Shown here one piece after another: positions 10,761-23,975 of a stretch of 64,000 nucleotides of DNA. Made by a program: the position numbers and the translations under genes. Location of the stretch: positions 16,308,001-16,372,000 of the forward strand of contig NC_045697.1 of the NCBI RefSeq assembly GCF_009834535.1, read 5' to 3'. This DNA is from Camelus ferus. Lineage: Eukaryota. Below the pieces are notes generated by a model. The model did no database searches and was not told the DNA's origin. It saw only the letters and a list, made by a program, of their open reading frames with translations. Each line of letters begins with the position of its first letter. Positions within the stretch are counted from its first letter, which is position 1.

Positions 10761-13700
10761 AAGTAGGCTTGCCCTGAGCCTAGTAAAAATATTTTTTAAA
10801 TTATGATATACTCAATATGTGTAAGATACATATGTATATGTGTAAAATATACAAGTATAAGATATATAAATATATTGTGTGTGCCTGTGTATGCATGTAT
10901 AATAGTATTAGAAACTCTTACATAATTCCAACTGAAGAGGTAGCACATTATCAGGGCCAGTGTCTACAGCATGGCTTTCTCCATCTCCATCTTTACATCA
11001 TAGAGATAACCACTCAGTTAAATTTATTTTTGTCTTAAATTTGCCTATTGGAATATCATTAAAATACTACATCATTCTTTAGAAATGTACTTTTTGTTAT
11101 GGATTATATGTGTAGTCTACATAATTTATTTTCACAGTTGTATAGTATTCCTTTGTATGGATAGACCACATTTTATTCATTCTACTGTTGATGACCTTTG
11201 GGGTGTGTCCAGGCATGGGTTATTAACAATGGGCTTTACAAACATTCTTGAACATGTCCTTTGGGGCAAATGAGTAAGAATTCCCTGCACATACCCAGAG
11301 GAGGAATTTTAGAGCTATAAAATATTCACATCTTCAACATTATAAAATAACATCAAGTTTTTTTTCCAAAAAGACTGGTTGTGGCACTGTAACTTTTACC
11401 AACAGTATGTGAGATTCCCATTATTTCATATCTTTGCCTACTTGAGGGACTGTCAAAATTTAATTTTTTTTCAGTCTACAAATTATACCTATCATGATTT
11501 TTATTGTTATTTCTCTAATTATGCATCTTTTAATATATTTATTTAACATGTGTATTTTATCTCTTGTTAAGTACTTGTTCATGCATCTTGTCCATTTTTC
11601 CGTTGAATTGTTTGTCTTTTAATTTTTGGATTATAGGATTTTTATTACATTCTAGTCCTTTACTGCCTCGTAAATCTTCACTCCATTTATGACTTACCTT
11701 TTTACTCTACTTATGGTACTTTTTGATAACCAGAAAGTTAAAAATTGTTAATCTCTACACTTATTAATTCTTTACTTTTATTGATTATATGTATTTAGAA
11801 ATCCTTCTCTATACTAAGTCATCAAGATAATCTTCCATGTTTTATTCTAAAAATGTAAAACTTTACCTTTCAAATTTATCTCCTAAACCAAAGAAAGTTT
11901 TTGAGGTAGAGATATAATTGTACTGTTTCCCCTATAGATAACAATTGCCTCAGTAACATTATTGACAAGTCCACTATTTTCTCACTGCTCTGAAATGTTA
12001 CCTCTATCATGTATCAAGTTTGCATAAAGATGTGGGTCTATTTTGTTAGCTTTCTATTCTATTCTGTTTTTTGCTTTGTCCCAGTCTGTGCCAATAAGTG
12101 TCTTAATTATTATACTTTTATAAAAAGTGCTTAATGCATATAACGAGTCCTTTCAAATGATTATTCTTCAGAAATGTCTTCTAATGTTGAGCCTTTTTTA
12201 AATCCATATTACTTTTGTAATCAGTTTATCTAATTCATATAAAAACCTCTGTTGGAACTTTTATTGGAGTTAGACTAAATTTATACATTAATTTGAGAAG
12301 AATTGACATTTTAAAATGTTCAGATTTTTATTCATGAACATGGTATATCTCACCATTATTTAGGTGTTCTTTTATGTCTAAGAGTAAAGTTTGGAATTCT
12401 CCCTTGTAAAGGTAATTTCCTCTTTCATTAATTTTATTCCTATGTAGCATGTACTTTTTCTTATTTTAAAATTACATTTTCTATCTCTTCTGTCAATGAA
12501 ATGAAGTACAGATGATTTTTATATTTGACCTTGTATCCAGAAAATATAACAAAATCTTATTAGTTTTAAGAAATTGTTAGTGTGTTCACATAGGCTTTCT
12601 GTGTAGATAATCCAATTGTGAATAATGACATTATTGTTTATTCTTAAAATTTTAAACTATTTTTAATGTCTTATGACTAGATCTCAGTAAATGATAAAAA
12701 GGAGAGTGAAGAATGTAAAGAAAAGTTACCTCTTCATTCTCACCTCATTTCTGAGTTTAAAGGCAATAAATGTAATGTCTTACATTTGTATATGATCCCA
12801 CTGCAGTTTTTGGTTACATAGTCTTTATCATTTTAAGACACTTGTTTCTTTACTTGGCTTGTTAAGAGTTTTTATCATGCATGGGGATTAAATTTTACCT
12901 AATGCAATTTATGCTTTTGTTTCCATGTCCATATAACTGTTTCATCTTTGATATGCTTAATAGGATGAATCACAGTGATAGCTTTCCTAAAATTGAATGA
13001 ACCTTGCATTCATGAGGTGAAACTGATGGATCATAGTATACTATTTGTTTTGTCAATGTACATTTTTGAGATTTTTGTAGGTATAATCACGAATAAAATC
13101 AGCCCATAATAGTCCTCTCCCATGTTACCCCTTGTCTGTCTTATTTTAGATCAAGGTAGTGCTGGCTTCATAAAATTTGATGGATAATTTCCCTGCTCCG
13201 TCTTTCTTTATCTTTTTTAAAAACATAAATGATGTTAGAATGATCTGTTTTTGGAATGTTTGGTTGAAATTGATAGTAAATTTTTGAGACCTGGTTTATT
13301 CTCCATCAGAAGATTTTAAACTAGTAATGCATTGTAAAAATAGTAATAGAATAATTAGTTCTTCTACCTTCCAGAGAGAGTTTCAGTGAGTCTACTTTGC
13401 TAGAAAATGGTAAATTTAATGTTAAATTTCAAATTTACTGTCATGATTGTTCATTGTATGTTCTTTTTGTCTCAAATCCTGAATGTGTTTTTAAGCTATA
13501 TTCCTTTTACATTCCAAAAATGATTTATTCATTTTTTTCTCCCTCTCTTCCTTTTCTGATCAATTTTTATGCAAGTTTGCCTACTTTATCAGCCTTTTCA
13601 AATAATATAAATTGGCTTTGTCAATTCTTATTATTGTATTTCTTCTATTTATTAAATTTATTTATTTTTACTTTTGCTGAGTTTATTCTGCTGCTCTTAA

Positions 13701-14299
13701 TCTAGTTTCTAACAAACATTCAGTTTTTTCTCTTTCAATATAAACATTTGAGTTATATTTCTTTTGAATTAGCTTTGTAATTGTAGCCTTCAATTATTGA
13801 TGTGTTGTATTTTAATTATCATTCAGTTTTTAGAATGTTTACACTTACATTTTGATGTTTTTCTTTGACCCATGAGTTATATGGAAAATTGCAGTTTTCA
13901 ATTTCCTACTTTACTATCACTTTAAAGTTAAAATTTATTACTTATTACTTATTTAATTTCATTGTTGTCTTAGAATATGCTCAGAATGATAATGACTCTT
14001 TGAGATTTGTTGAGGCATACTTCATACTTTGGCCCAGTTAAGTAGGCAAACGCTCCATAAAAATGTGAACTGTAAATTGTTCGATGATGGATTATTTGTA
14101 TGTTCAGTTGATCAAATTCAACAATCCATTATGTTTTTTTTTCAGCTTCATTGCAGTATACTTAATATAAAAAATTACCCGTATTTAATGTATATGTTTT
14201 GATGAATATGGCTATATGCATACACCCATGATACATCACCAAAAAGTAATAAACATATCCATTACCTCCAAAAGAATTCCTGTGTCCATTTGTTGTTTT

Positions 14300-15298
14300 T
14301 TTAAGACTATTTTTAAATAGTAGTTTTAGGATCACAAAGAGGAAGGTACAGAGGTTTCCCATATACTCCCTGCCAATACATATCCATAGTCTTTCCCATT
14401 ATAAACATCCCTCACCAGAATGGTACATTTGTTACAATTGATAAACCTGTGGTGACATCATAATCATGCAAAGTCTGTAGTTTACATTATGGTTTACTCT
14501 TCCTGTTGTACATTCTGTAGGCTTGGAAAAATGCATAATAACATGTATCCATCATCATAATATCATAACAAGAATTCTGCTGCTCTAAAATTCCTCTGTG
14601 CTCCACCTATTCATTCCTCAACTCCAACCTCTGGCAACCACCGATCTTTTTACTTTTCCCATATTTTTGCTTCTTTCAGAATGTCATATAGTTGGAATTA
14701 CACATTATACAGCCTTTTCAGATCAGCTTTCCTCATTTAGTAATATGTATTTAAGGTTCCTGCATGTCTTTTCATGGCTTGATAGCTCATTTCTTTTTAG
14801 CACTGAATAATATTCCGTTGTCTGGATATACAACAGTTTTTAATTTGTTTGCCTATTAAAGGACATCTTGGTTGCTTTCAAGTTTTGGCAGTTATGAATA
14901 AAGCTGCTGTAAACTACCATCTGCAAATTTTTGTGTGGACATAGGTTTTCAAGTCCTTTGGGTAAATATCAAAAAGTAGGATTTCTAGATTGTAGGGTGA
15001 GAGTATGTTTAGTTTTGTAAGAAACTGCCAAACTGTCTAACAAAGTGGCTGTATCATAGCATTTGGTATTGTCAGTGTTCTTGATTTTGACCTTTCTAAT
15101 ATCTGTGTAGTAATATCTTATGGTTTTAATTTGCATTTTCCTGATGACATATAATCGCATTTTCCTGATGACATATAATCGAGAGCATCCTTTCATGAAG
15201 TGCTTATTTGCCATCTTTATGTCTTTCTTTGTGAAGTGTTTGTTAAGGTCTTTGGCTCACTTTTTAATTGTGCTATTTTTTTCCTTATTGTTGTATTT
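14300..15298 (-). mobile_element. L1MC-like 3' fragment nested inside the L1MB-like element
   Basis: agactatttttaaatagtagttttagg...gaaggtacagaggtttcccatatactccctgcc...caccagaatggtacatttgttacaattgataaacct, plus ORF2 C-terminal remnant (IRKMQIKTIRYYYT) in ORF 14969-15214. Confidence 0.75.
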
Positions 15299-15302
15299 CC
15301 TT

Positions 15303-15343
15303 TGTGTGTGTGCGTGTGTGTGCGTGTGTGTGTGTGTGTGTGT
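15303..15343. repeat. (TG)n microsatellite with two CG interruptions
   Basis: About 41 bp of unbroken alternating purine-pyrimidine. Confidence 0.95.
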
Positions 15344-18300
15344 ATGTTAAGAACTCTTAACGTGAGATCTAAACTTGAACAAGTTTTTAAGTGTATAATA
15401 CCATACTGTTAACTATAGGCATTGTGTTGTACAGCAGCCTTCTAGGACATATTCATCTTGTACAATCATAGCTTTATACTCATTGAACTTTTATGATTTG
15501 TTCACTTGATTTAACAATTACTGAATAATATGCGTTAAACTCTGTCACTATGATGATACTTTCTTAATTTGTCCTTTTAATACTGTGCATGTATATGACA
15601 CTATGTTATAAGATTTTTTATAAGTCTGAAATTGTCATACAGTTCTTTTAAACTAAAACTTTTAGTCTTTTGGAGACATATTATTTATTTCTAGCAATGC
15701 CTTCTGGCTTAATGTCTATTTTTTCTATATTAACATAGCTATACTTTCTATATTTTGATTAGCAAATGCCTGGAAACTTAGATAATGTTTCACTTAACCT
15801 TTATGCTTTACTTGATTTAGGTATATCTTTTACAAGCAGTGTATAACTGGATACTGTTTTATTTATATAGCATGACAAATTTTGTCTGACTATCAAGTAT
15901 AGTCTATATTTAGAGTGATTAAAAGAGTTTTTCTAGTATCTTGTTTTGTGTGTTTGTTTTATCCTACTTTTAAATATTAACTTTATTCTTTCTTGCCTTT
16001 TTTAGAATTTAGTATTTTTTAATCTTATTCCAGTTTTCCTTCTGTATTTTTGGATGTTGCGTTATGTATTTTATCATTAGTGATTATTTGAAATGTTTTA
16101 ACATACATTTTATTTTGAATAACACAAAGACCCTAGCAAACTTTTGAGCAAATTATCTCATGGTTATGATACATGTCAAGAAACTTAATTCTCTCTTCTA
16201 TCTGCACATATTGTACATTATTATTATTGTTTTATGTCACTTAAGTTTGTTTAGATTTATTCTTTTCCTTATTGTTTTCTTGGCTTATTATTTATCCTTG
16301 GGTTTTAATTTTCTATTTGGACTTATTTTTCTTCTTATTGAAATAGGTTTTTAAAATTCCTTTAGTAATGGTAAATTCTCTCTCTCTTTTTTTTTTTTTT
16401 TAGTTTATTTGAAAATGTTATTTTGTCTGCATTTTTGACAATGAAGTTGGGTTTACAATTTTAAGTTGGCAACTATTTTGTCTAAACACTTTAAAGTTAA
16501 TATTGTAAACTTATTGTACTATTTTCTAGATACTATTTCTGCTCTTGGAATTTAATGCAATTTTTATTTCTTTGAGGAAGTCTATTTTTTTCTGGACATG
16601 TTTAATATTTTAACTTACATTCCAAAATCTCACTATAGAGTAATTGAGTGTGAATTTCAAAAAAAAAATCATCCTGATTTGGATTCACTATATTTCCTAA
16701 TCTGTTGTTTGATGTCATTATTTTGCAGAAGTTCTAAGCCAGTGTGACTTCAAATACTGAAACTCTAACCTCTGTATTATTTCCTTCTGGGAACTTGTTT
16801 AGATTTATTGTAGGCAGTATCATTCTATTCTCTGTATTTCTTAACCTCTCTTCAGATCCCTTTGCTTCATTATGAGTAATTTCATTTGATCCATCTTCAG
16901 GCGCACTAATTCTGTCTTTAGCTAAATCAAGTCTATTATTTAGCACATCCAATGGAGTTTAAATTTCAAATATAAATTTATTTATGGAAAACTTATTTGG
17001 TTTTTATAAAATTGTTTCATCATTTTATAGTATCTTTTGTTATTCTTGTATGTCTTGCTTATTCATTTAAAAAAATTGTCTAATTATATTTTGATGGCCT
17101 TTATTTTTGGAAATTCTATGATGTCTACAGTTAGGGAAGGGTCCTAAAGAAATCGTTTGCATTTGATATTCCTGGGCTTTCAGAAGAATTGTTAAACTGG
17201 TACCACTATAAACTGTGTTCTCAGCTTGAACTTTTTTGGCAAATTAGGAGATAAGTTTAAAGTTGGTAATGAATGCAGGCTGTTTTATGTATTCATACAT
17301 TTATCTATTTGTTTTCCATTTCCATCATAACAATGGTGAATAGACAATATTATTTGTCATGTTCTTTTACAGACATTTGTTCTTGTCTACTTTTCCCTGA
17401 GCATGTAGGCTTTCGGCATTGTCACTTTATGTGAAGGTCTTAATGCCAGTTTCTATTTTGAGCAGATATGTGATAATCAAGTTAAATTCTAGATTACTGT
17501 GCTTGCCTCAGCACTCAGGAAGCCTTTGTATCTTTGTCCACTTACCATCCTGGATTTCCTTTTGTTTTGGGTCTTGACTTATGAGGATTTCTCTTATTTT
17601 CTTGTTATGTTAGCTATGTACTGAGAAGGAGTTTTGAAGCAGAATTTTATGAGCATATTCAGGTATTTTGTAGCTGGAGAATTTGAGAATACCTGAAATT
17701 TCAGAACAAGGAATCTGGCAACATAGTTTTCAACTTCTTTGGCTGTGACATTTAGCATTAAGTATAAACAACTAAACAATATAAAATTTCTTCTTCTTAT
17801 TATTGGATTATGAGGTCCCAGTCTCCACTTGCTAACCACCACCATCTCTCATACTTCTGGAGGAAGCTAACAGAGATTCCCAAAGCAGAGCAATAGATCC
17901 ATGGGAAATGTTCCAAGTTGCTAAAATTCATATTATACAGACACATTTGGAAAATATCCCATTTTTAAGTGTTGGACCACCCATCTTCATTTGTGAATGT
18001 CATAGATTTATTGTGCTTCTGAACCATCTTATGATGGACTTGAACATCCCAACAGCGAGTGTCAGCAAATCTTGTCTGCAATGTGAAGAGGGAAGCCAAT
18101 TCCATTTTGAGAAGACATGCTTTACAGAATATCTAGAAACTGAAAAAAAAAAAATGTTTTGCAAGGGATTCAGCTACTTCGAATTGCTTTCCATCTCAAT
18201 GAAACAACAACATGGATGTCAAGATTTACGTGCATTTTATATCCATCAAATCAATATAGAAAGATGAAGGTAACATTTCTGCTGCTTCTGTGGAATGAGA

Positions 18301-19294
18301 ATGAACCATGTTTTACAGCAATGCCAATAAGATGAGCAAAAGAGCAAATACTGAAAGTTTTTATTCAGGAGATCTATCCTAAATGGGGTATGCATAAGAC
18401 AGCAAGTATTAAGATGCACTGTAGTTGTACAAAAGTCTTGTTGGTATGAGACATAAAAAGGTCTTTTACTCCCAAGGAGACTGGCTATTTCATGCATCCT
18501 ATAAAGTCAAGAGTAGTCTGAACAGCTTACCACACATTTTAAATAACAAAGATAAAGCCAGTATCATTTAGTATACCACTTAAACTTCTGAGCTTCATTT
18601 AAAAACTGACTTAGTGAGCATCAAGTAATAAGAGATGGATGACGACTAAAATGCCAAAAATATGGTGGCCTTCTCCAAAATAAGAATGGCTTGACAACCT
18701 CAGGAAAAATGTCCAAGAGAGTAAATGAGTCTTTACTACCTTTCATCTTTTGGAGCCCTCGTCTTCCTTTCTTGGGTTCTCGGATCCTGACACTGTCTAA
18801 TGTTGCTCCTTGACTGCTAAACTGATTCTGCACCCCAGTAAGCCCCATCTTCCCTCAGCCTCACTTGTTTTTTAAAATACATGTTCTTAGTTTAAGAAAT
18901 GATTGGTGGTTTGACAAAATCAATAGATCATTCAGAAATCTTAAATACAAATGAATTTTCTTAAGAGAAATTAATGTAGGAAATTTATTTTGAGAATTTA
19001 AAATAATCACAGCATTTTTCTGCTAAACTACATTAATAGGAAGAATAAGTAAATGGGTTATAGAAAAATTAAGTACACTATATTAATATATGTATTTATA
19101 TAAAAATATATAAATTGGTGTATACATCTATACATATAAATATAAATATATATGTATACATATAATGATTAAATCATCATAGATGATTGAGCTAGGAATT
19201 GCCTTAGCTGATAAATACTAGCTCTTGTTTTTCATATTTTCCATTTCTAGCATTCAAGTCTAAAAGTTCTTTGTCAGACATTGTATTCATAATC

Positions 19295-19520
19295 TTTCTT
19301 TTTTTAAATTGAAATACAGTTGATTTACAATATTATGTTAGTTTCAGGTATGGAGCAAAGTGATTCTCATATATATATATATATATTCATTTTTCAGATT
19401 ATTTTCCATTATAGGTCAGCTATTGTGTATAGTTCTCTGTGATATACAGTAACTCCTTGCTGTTTATCTATTTTATATATAGCAGTGTATATCTGTGAAT
19501 CCCAAACTCCTGAAATAACC
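19295..19520 (-). mobile_element. Cetartiodactyl-type L1 3' end (5'-truncated)
   Basis: Poly-T then aattgaaatacagttgatttacaatattatgttagtttcaggt...(TA)n ttcatttttcagattattttccattataggt...atcccaaactcct. Confidence 0.85.
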
Positions 19521-19864
19521 TTTTTTAAAAATTCTTACGTTATTCTCACCTTGCTCCTCCTCCTGAGAAGGTTGTGTCATTGGCCATATTTGCTGCTCTA
19601 TTTTGACTCAGGGATCCCTTCCCTGACTCGTTTTATTTTAGAGACCTTCCCTGATATTTACTGCTATGTTTCTGTCTTGGACTGACTTAAAAGTAAAATA
19701 GAAAACCAAACCAACAAATGAAACACCAACTGGAAAACAGAGACGTTCAAACGGTATCATTGAATCCTATCAGGGTAAGACAGCCTCACACTGTCCCTCT
19801 CACAGGATTAGTTTCATTATCTCAACTGCCATCTTTCATTTGCTGGCTTGTTGTAGTCTGGGAA

Positions 19865-19996
19865 ATCCTGCTGGAGTGGAAGCTCCATGAGAGCTGGTGC
19901 TTTGTCTGTTTTCTTCTCCTTCTGAAATACACGTGCCAATAACAAGGCCCATCACAGGGCCACGCGCTCGGAAATCTTTGTTGAATGAATGAATGG
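19865..19996 (+). mobile_element. L2 3' end
   Basis: gagtggaagctccatgagagctgg...tttgtctgttt...ctttgttgaatgaatgaatg. Confidence 0.8.
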
Positions 19997-22146
19997 CTGG
20001 GGAAGATGGATGCGGGCCAGGAAGGCACTTTAAATAATACGTTGAAATCTGAGAGACTTGGCAGTATTACTGAATCGGGCTGCCAACGGAAGATCTTAAA
20101 CACTCTTTGGGGCAGTTTAAGCAGTTTTACTTTGAAATTAGTGAATGTACATTTTAAAAGGTGTTGAGATTTCTGTCACCTTTCTCCAAAAATGTGTAAA
20201 CAATTGCACAGAAAAGGAAAGGTAACCGCGTTTCTTCCAATGATCTTAAGCGCTGTAGATATGCTCTAGGGAAATCGTAGACAAGATACCTAGAAAGATG
20301 TTTCCACTCTTTTAAATCATGTTTGAATAATTGACTCTCAGACAAAGTTTTTAAGTAAAGGGAGAGATAAACTGGAAAAAGACTGAATGTAAAAAGCAAA
20401 AAGGAATTACACAATTATATACACACAATCCTCCCATAGTCTGCATTTTCTACCAGTTGTTATTGCAGTACAAGTTTGGAACTGTGTATGTCATGCTGCT
20501 TTAAATACTACTGTGATAATGATGACAGTAATGATACTCGTAACAACGTCAGAGTGTATAAATCCTATTTCACACGTATAAATTTCTACTAGGTATCACA
20601 TACCCATTTTATAGGAAAAGTAATAGATTAACAGAGGTTTATTACTGTCACATCTTATAAACCCAATTATTAGGGCTCTACTTGCCATGTGCTTTGTGTT
20701 TTAAAACCTTCTAATAGGAAAAAAATACAAGATGCATTATCATTTATATCTCACCTATATGTTACACATTGCCTTGCATAATGGGAATTTCTAATTTGTA
20801 TCAAAATAGCAAAAAAATCCTTGTTTTAAAATTGTGGAGGCCATGCACCTTTGGGGACTTATCCTTTGTCCACCTCCTCTCTGCTCTCGCTTAATACTTT
20901 CATTTGCTCTCATTCTCCTAACCTCATTTATTGGTCAATGACTCTCCAATCTTTATCTTCAGCTTAGACCTCCCTCCCAGTCTCAGGCCAATAGACCAAT
21001 TTCAGCTAAAATACTGCAGATATCTTAAACTTAAGGCATTAATTTCTTCCAAAAATCCACCTCTATTCTGATGCAAGATGGTTAATGAAAAAAATTTTAG
21101 ACTCTCTGTTCTTTCAAATCTCATCCGGTTCATTGGAGAAATACAAAAATAAACTCGTAGTAACCTTGGAAAGTTAGGAGGAGCCCACCGGCACAGCAGA
21201 ATGGTAAGAATTTCTGGAGCTTAACAGTGACATCCAGCAGATATGCTGCCTTGGTAACATAACAGGTGTCAAGGAAGACTTATAAAACAAAAGGGTTCCC
21301 CTGGAAGAATGCTAAGATAATGCTGAGAACTGAAGGGACAGAATCTGGAAGAAGGGTCTGAACATGGTCAAATTTCAACCAGGAATTATTTCAAAGACAA
21401 TCTTTGTCTTAGTTTCCCAATTATTATAGAGCACCCAACTCCAACATTTTTCTCAGAGGAAACAAAATCCAAAGTAATTATATAGATCTAAAAAGTAAGC
21501 AAGTGATAAAGGCAGAGAGAACTGATGAGGAATTTCCTTATTCAGAGAAGCCATCACTCACCTGCCTGGACATTCAATCCACCCTATTTGAGGAAATTAA
21601 AATTTTGTTTTCAGAGCTAATAAGAGATTTCTGACTAATAAAACCCACCAACCACTAAAGAGGGAAAACAGAAAATCTAAAACCAAAAAAAAAAAAAAGA
21701 TGAACATGGATTATCTAAATGGCAATGAAAATCCACCTGGCAGCAGTAACAAAGGGGACTTCAAGCAAGAAGCAATGTCCCAGCATTCTGAGGAAAGAAT
21801 CCTTTGAATCAGTTTTTTCTGTCCCCAGCCAGAACAGCATTCAAGTGTGAAGACCAGATAAAAACATTGTTATGTAAGGAAAGAATATTTCCACCCACAA
21901 ATTTTTTCTTAATGAATTAATTTGAGAGTATATTCTCACAAAAACAAAAATAAATCCACAAGAAAAGATGAGGAGCTTGCAACTATTCTGGAATAAAACA
22001 TTTATAAATTTTATGACTGTCTAAATAATTATTAATGCAGTAGTTGTGAATCATAAGACAACTATTAAAGAATAATTTGTAAAAACATGGAGATAACACA
22101 AAATTATAATAAAATGAAAGTAAAAATCCAGACGATTTCAGCGTGT

Positions 22147-22356
22147 GAGGGAGATATAGCTCAAGTGGTAGAGCACGTGCTTAGCATACACAAGGTCCTG
22201 GGTTCAATCCCCAGTACCTCCTCTAAAAATAAGTAAGTAAAACCTAATTACCTCCCCTCCAAAAGAATTCTTTTAATATATTTTAAAATTTTTAAGAAAA
22301 GAAGAACTCAAAGAGATCTAGATAAGAATACAGCAGTTCCTTCCTTAAAAAAAAAA
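22147..22356 (+). mobile_element. tRNA-Ala(AGC)-derived SINE, camelid (Vic-1-like) type, with TSD
   Basis: Head tatagctcaagtggtagagcacgtgcttagcatacacaaggtcctgggttcaatccccagtacctcc with Pol III A and B boxes, body aaacctaattacctcccc, A-tail, and flanking direct repeats aaaaatccagacgatttcagc (22122-22142) / aaaaattcagatgatttcaac (22352-22372). Confidence 0.85.
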
Positions 22357-22474
22357 TTCAGATGATTTCAACACCATGAAACGAACTTGGACACAGGAAA
22401 GAGATAATAGCCAGCTAAGAATTTTGTCTTGGTTCGTGGGAGAAATTGCAATCCTTTTAAGTGCTGTGCATGTG

Positions 22475-22895
22475 TGTATTAGTTTCCTAGTTCCACCGTA
22501 ATAAATTGTCACCAACTGGATGACTTAACACAACAGAAATTTATTCTCGGACAGTTCTGGAAGCCAGAAGTCCAAGATCAAGGTGTCGAAAGTGTTGGTT
22601 CTTTTGCAGGCTCTGAGGGAGAAGTACATTCCATGGCTCTCTACTAGCTTTTTACGGCAGCCAGTAGTTCTAGGTACTCCTTGGAGTGTAGACACATCAA
22701 TTCCATCTTTATGAGTCCTTCCCTCTCTGTACCTTTCACTGTCTCTTAAAAAGACACCCATAATTGGCTTTAGAACCCAGAATGATACCATTTTGAGATT
22801 CTTATGTAAATTATGTCTACCAAGACCCTTTCTCCAAATAAGGCCATTGTCACAGGTAGACATGTCTTTTGGGAGGTCACACTTCATCTTCTACA
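22475..22895 (-). mobile_element. MaLR solo LTR (MLT1B/C-like)
   Basis: tgtattagtttcct...acaacagaaatttattctc...agttctggaagccagaagtccaagatcaaggtgtc...ccaaataaggcc...ctaca; TG...CA ends with flanks atgtg/atgtc as a 5-bp TSD. Confidence 0.9.
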
Positions 22896-22934
22896 ATGTC
22901 TTAATACATATTGAATAACAAAAATAAACTCTTA

Positions 22935-23160
22935 TACTACTTTCAATATATCAAGCACTAGGTGCTTTATGTATATTAACTGAAATAATTTCCCTGATAA
23001 CCCTATGATCTATGTGCTATTATATCTACTTTACTGATAAGGAAACTGAGGCACAGAGAGTTTAAGTAATTTGCCCATGATCACACAGGTAGTTACAATG
23101 GTGGAACAAGGGTTAGGATCTATGAGTTTGGCTCCTGTATGTATGCTCTTACCCACTATG
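22935..23160 (-). mobile_element. MIR SINE
   Basis: actgataaggaaactgaggcacagagagtttaagtaatttgcccatgatcacacaggtagt, the antisense MIR core. Confidence 0.9.
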
Positions 23161-23534
23161 TTTGTTAAATTTAAATTCTACAAATTAATTGAATACAAGA
23201 GAAGTGGAACGTAAGATATCCGAACAACTAGAAAATATTAAACTGCAACAAGGAGTACTTCATTGATTTTATGAAAGGAGGAAAAATTCAGAAAGAATTA
23301 TCTCCAAAAAAGAGATAGCATGGAGAAGACATCAAAATAAGGTGGTTGATGTCAATTCAAGTAAAACATAGAAATTGTAAGAAGAACAAAAATAATTTAA
23401 AAAGAATTCCTACAACATGCTGTTCAAGAGACAGCTAAATCAAACAACATATAAATGTGGGGAGTAAAGTGATGCAAAGAGATATTACAATCACATTTTA
23501 ACAAAAATAAATAGTTGCATTGTTCTTCAGAGAT

Positions 23535-23975
23535 TGGTCAGAGTATTTTTTTAATGTAAATCAGATTGTGTCATCCCCACATTCAGAGACCTCCAATGGC
23601 TCCTTGCTGTGTTTTGAATAAAATATCAACTCCTTTAATGGCTTACAAAGTCACAAATCACCTGGTTGGTACCCAACTAACTTTATATCCCATATCCTCC
23701 TCTCCCAATTTCCCTCTCTCGCTATGTTCTGAGTCTACTGAGATTTTTGTTCCCCAAATTTGTCGGTACACTCTTTTTTCTCCCTGCCTAAGATACCCTT
23801 CCTGTGCCCAGCTTTGACTTGGTTTCTATTCATCATTCAGATTTAAGGTCACAGATGACTTCTGCAGAGATGTCCTCCCCACATTACCTCAAGCGACCCA
23901 TCATTAAGCTCTGGCACTTTGCCTTAACTATTTCCAACGCAATTATTTCAACTACGTGCTCTTACTTGTTTGTTA
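23535..23975 (+). mobile_element. L2 fragment
   Basis: aatgtaaatcagattgtgtcatcccc...ctccaatggctcc...cattcagatttaaggtcacagatgacttctgcagagatgtcctcc. Confidence 0.7.

Larger units (their letters stand above)
14132..15488 (-). mobile_element. L1MB1/2-like 3' end split in two (14132-14300 and ~15300-15488)
   Basis: cagcttcattgcagtata...aacatatccattacctccaaaagaattcctgtgtcc resumes as aagaactcttaacgtgagatct...tgttaactataggcattgtgttgtacagcag...ttatactcattgaac. Confidence 0.7.
10790..17710 (-). mobile_element. Ancient near-full-length L1M (L1ME-like), interrupted by younger L1 3' fragments
   Basis: Continuous T-rich antisense L1: 3' UTR at ~10.8-11.6 kb, ORF2 remnants (e.g. taatttgagaagaattgacattttaaaatgtt...ttcatgaacatggtatatctc), and ORF1 coiled-coil remnant LNNRLDLAKDRISAPEDGSNEITHNE...ERLRNTENRM at 16734-16952. 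Confidence 0.8.
21150..23520 (+). mobile_element. Old L1M fragment (ORF1 to start of ORF2), interrupted by SINE, MLT1 and MIR
   Basis: From 21825 reads PARTAFKCEDQIKTL (L1 ORF1 C-terminal YPAKLSFK.EG.IKTF motif); ~23405-23520 resembles the endonuclease PTICCLQET...KVKGW region. Confidence 0.65.

Noticed and set aside
16734..16952. 72-aa coiled-coil ORF as a gene (e.g. L1TD1-like)
   Set aside because: Short open stretch within a decayed antisense L1 ORF1, with disrupted flanks.
17908..18848. ORFs of 75-119 aa in unique sequence
   Set aside because: No recognisable domain, codon bias or convincing splice-site pairs.
20154..20414. Minus-strand exon or ORF (YLVYDFPRAYLQRLRSLEETR)
   Set aside because: Acceptor-like tttctag present but no good donor and no recognisable protein match.
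22147..22222. tRNA-Ala(AGC) gene
   Set aside because: The tRNA-like head continues into a SINE body, poly-A and TSD, and has stem mismatches; it is a SINE.
22525..22887. Longest ORF (120 aa) as a protein-coding gene
   Set aside because: Lies wholly inside an MLT1 LTR; a chance frame.
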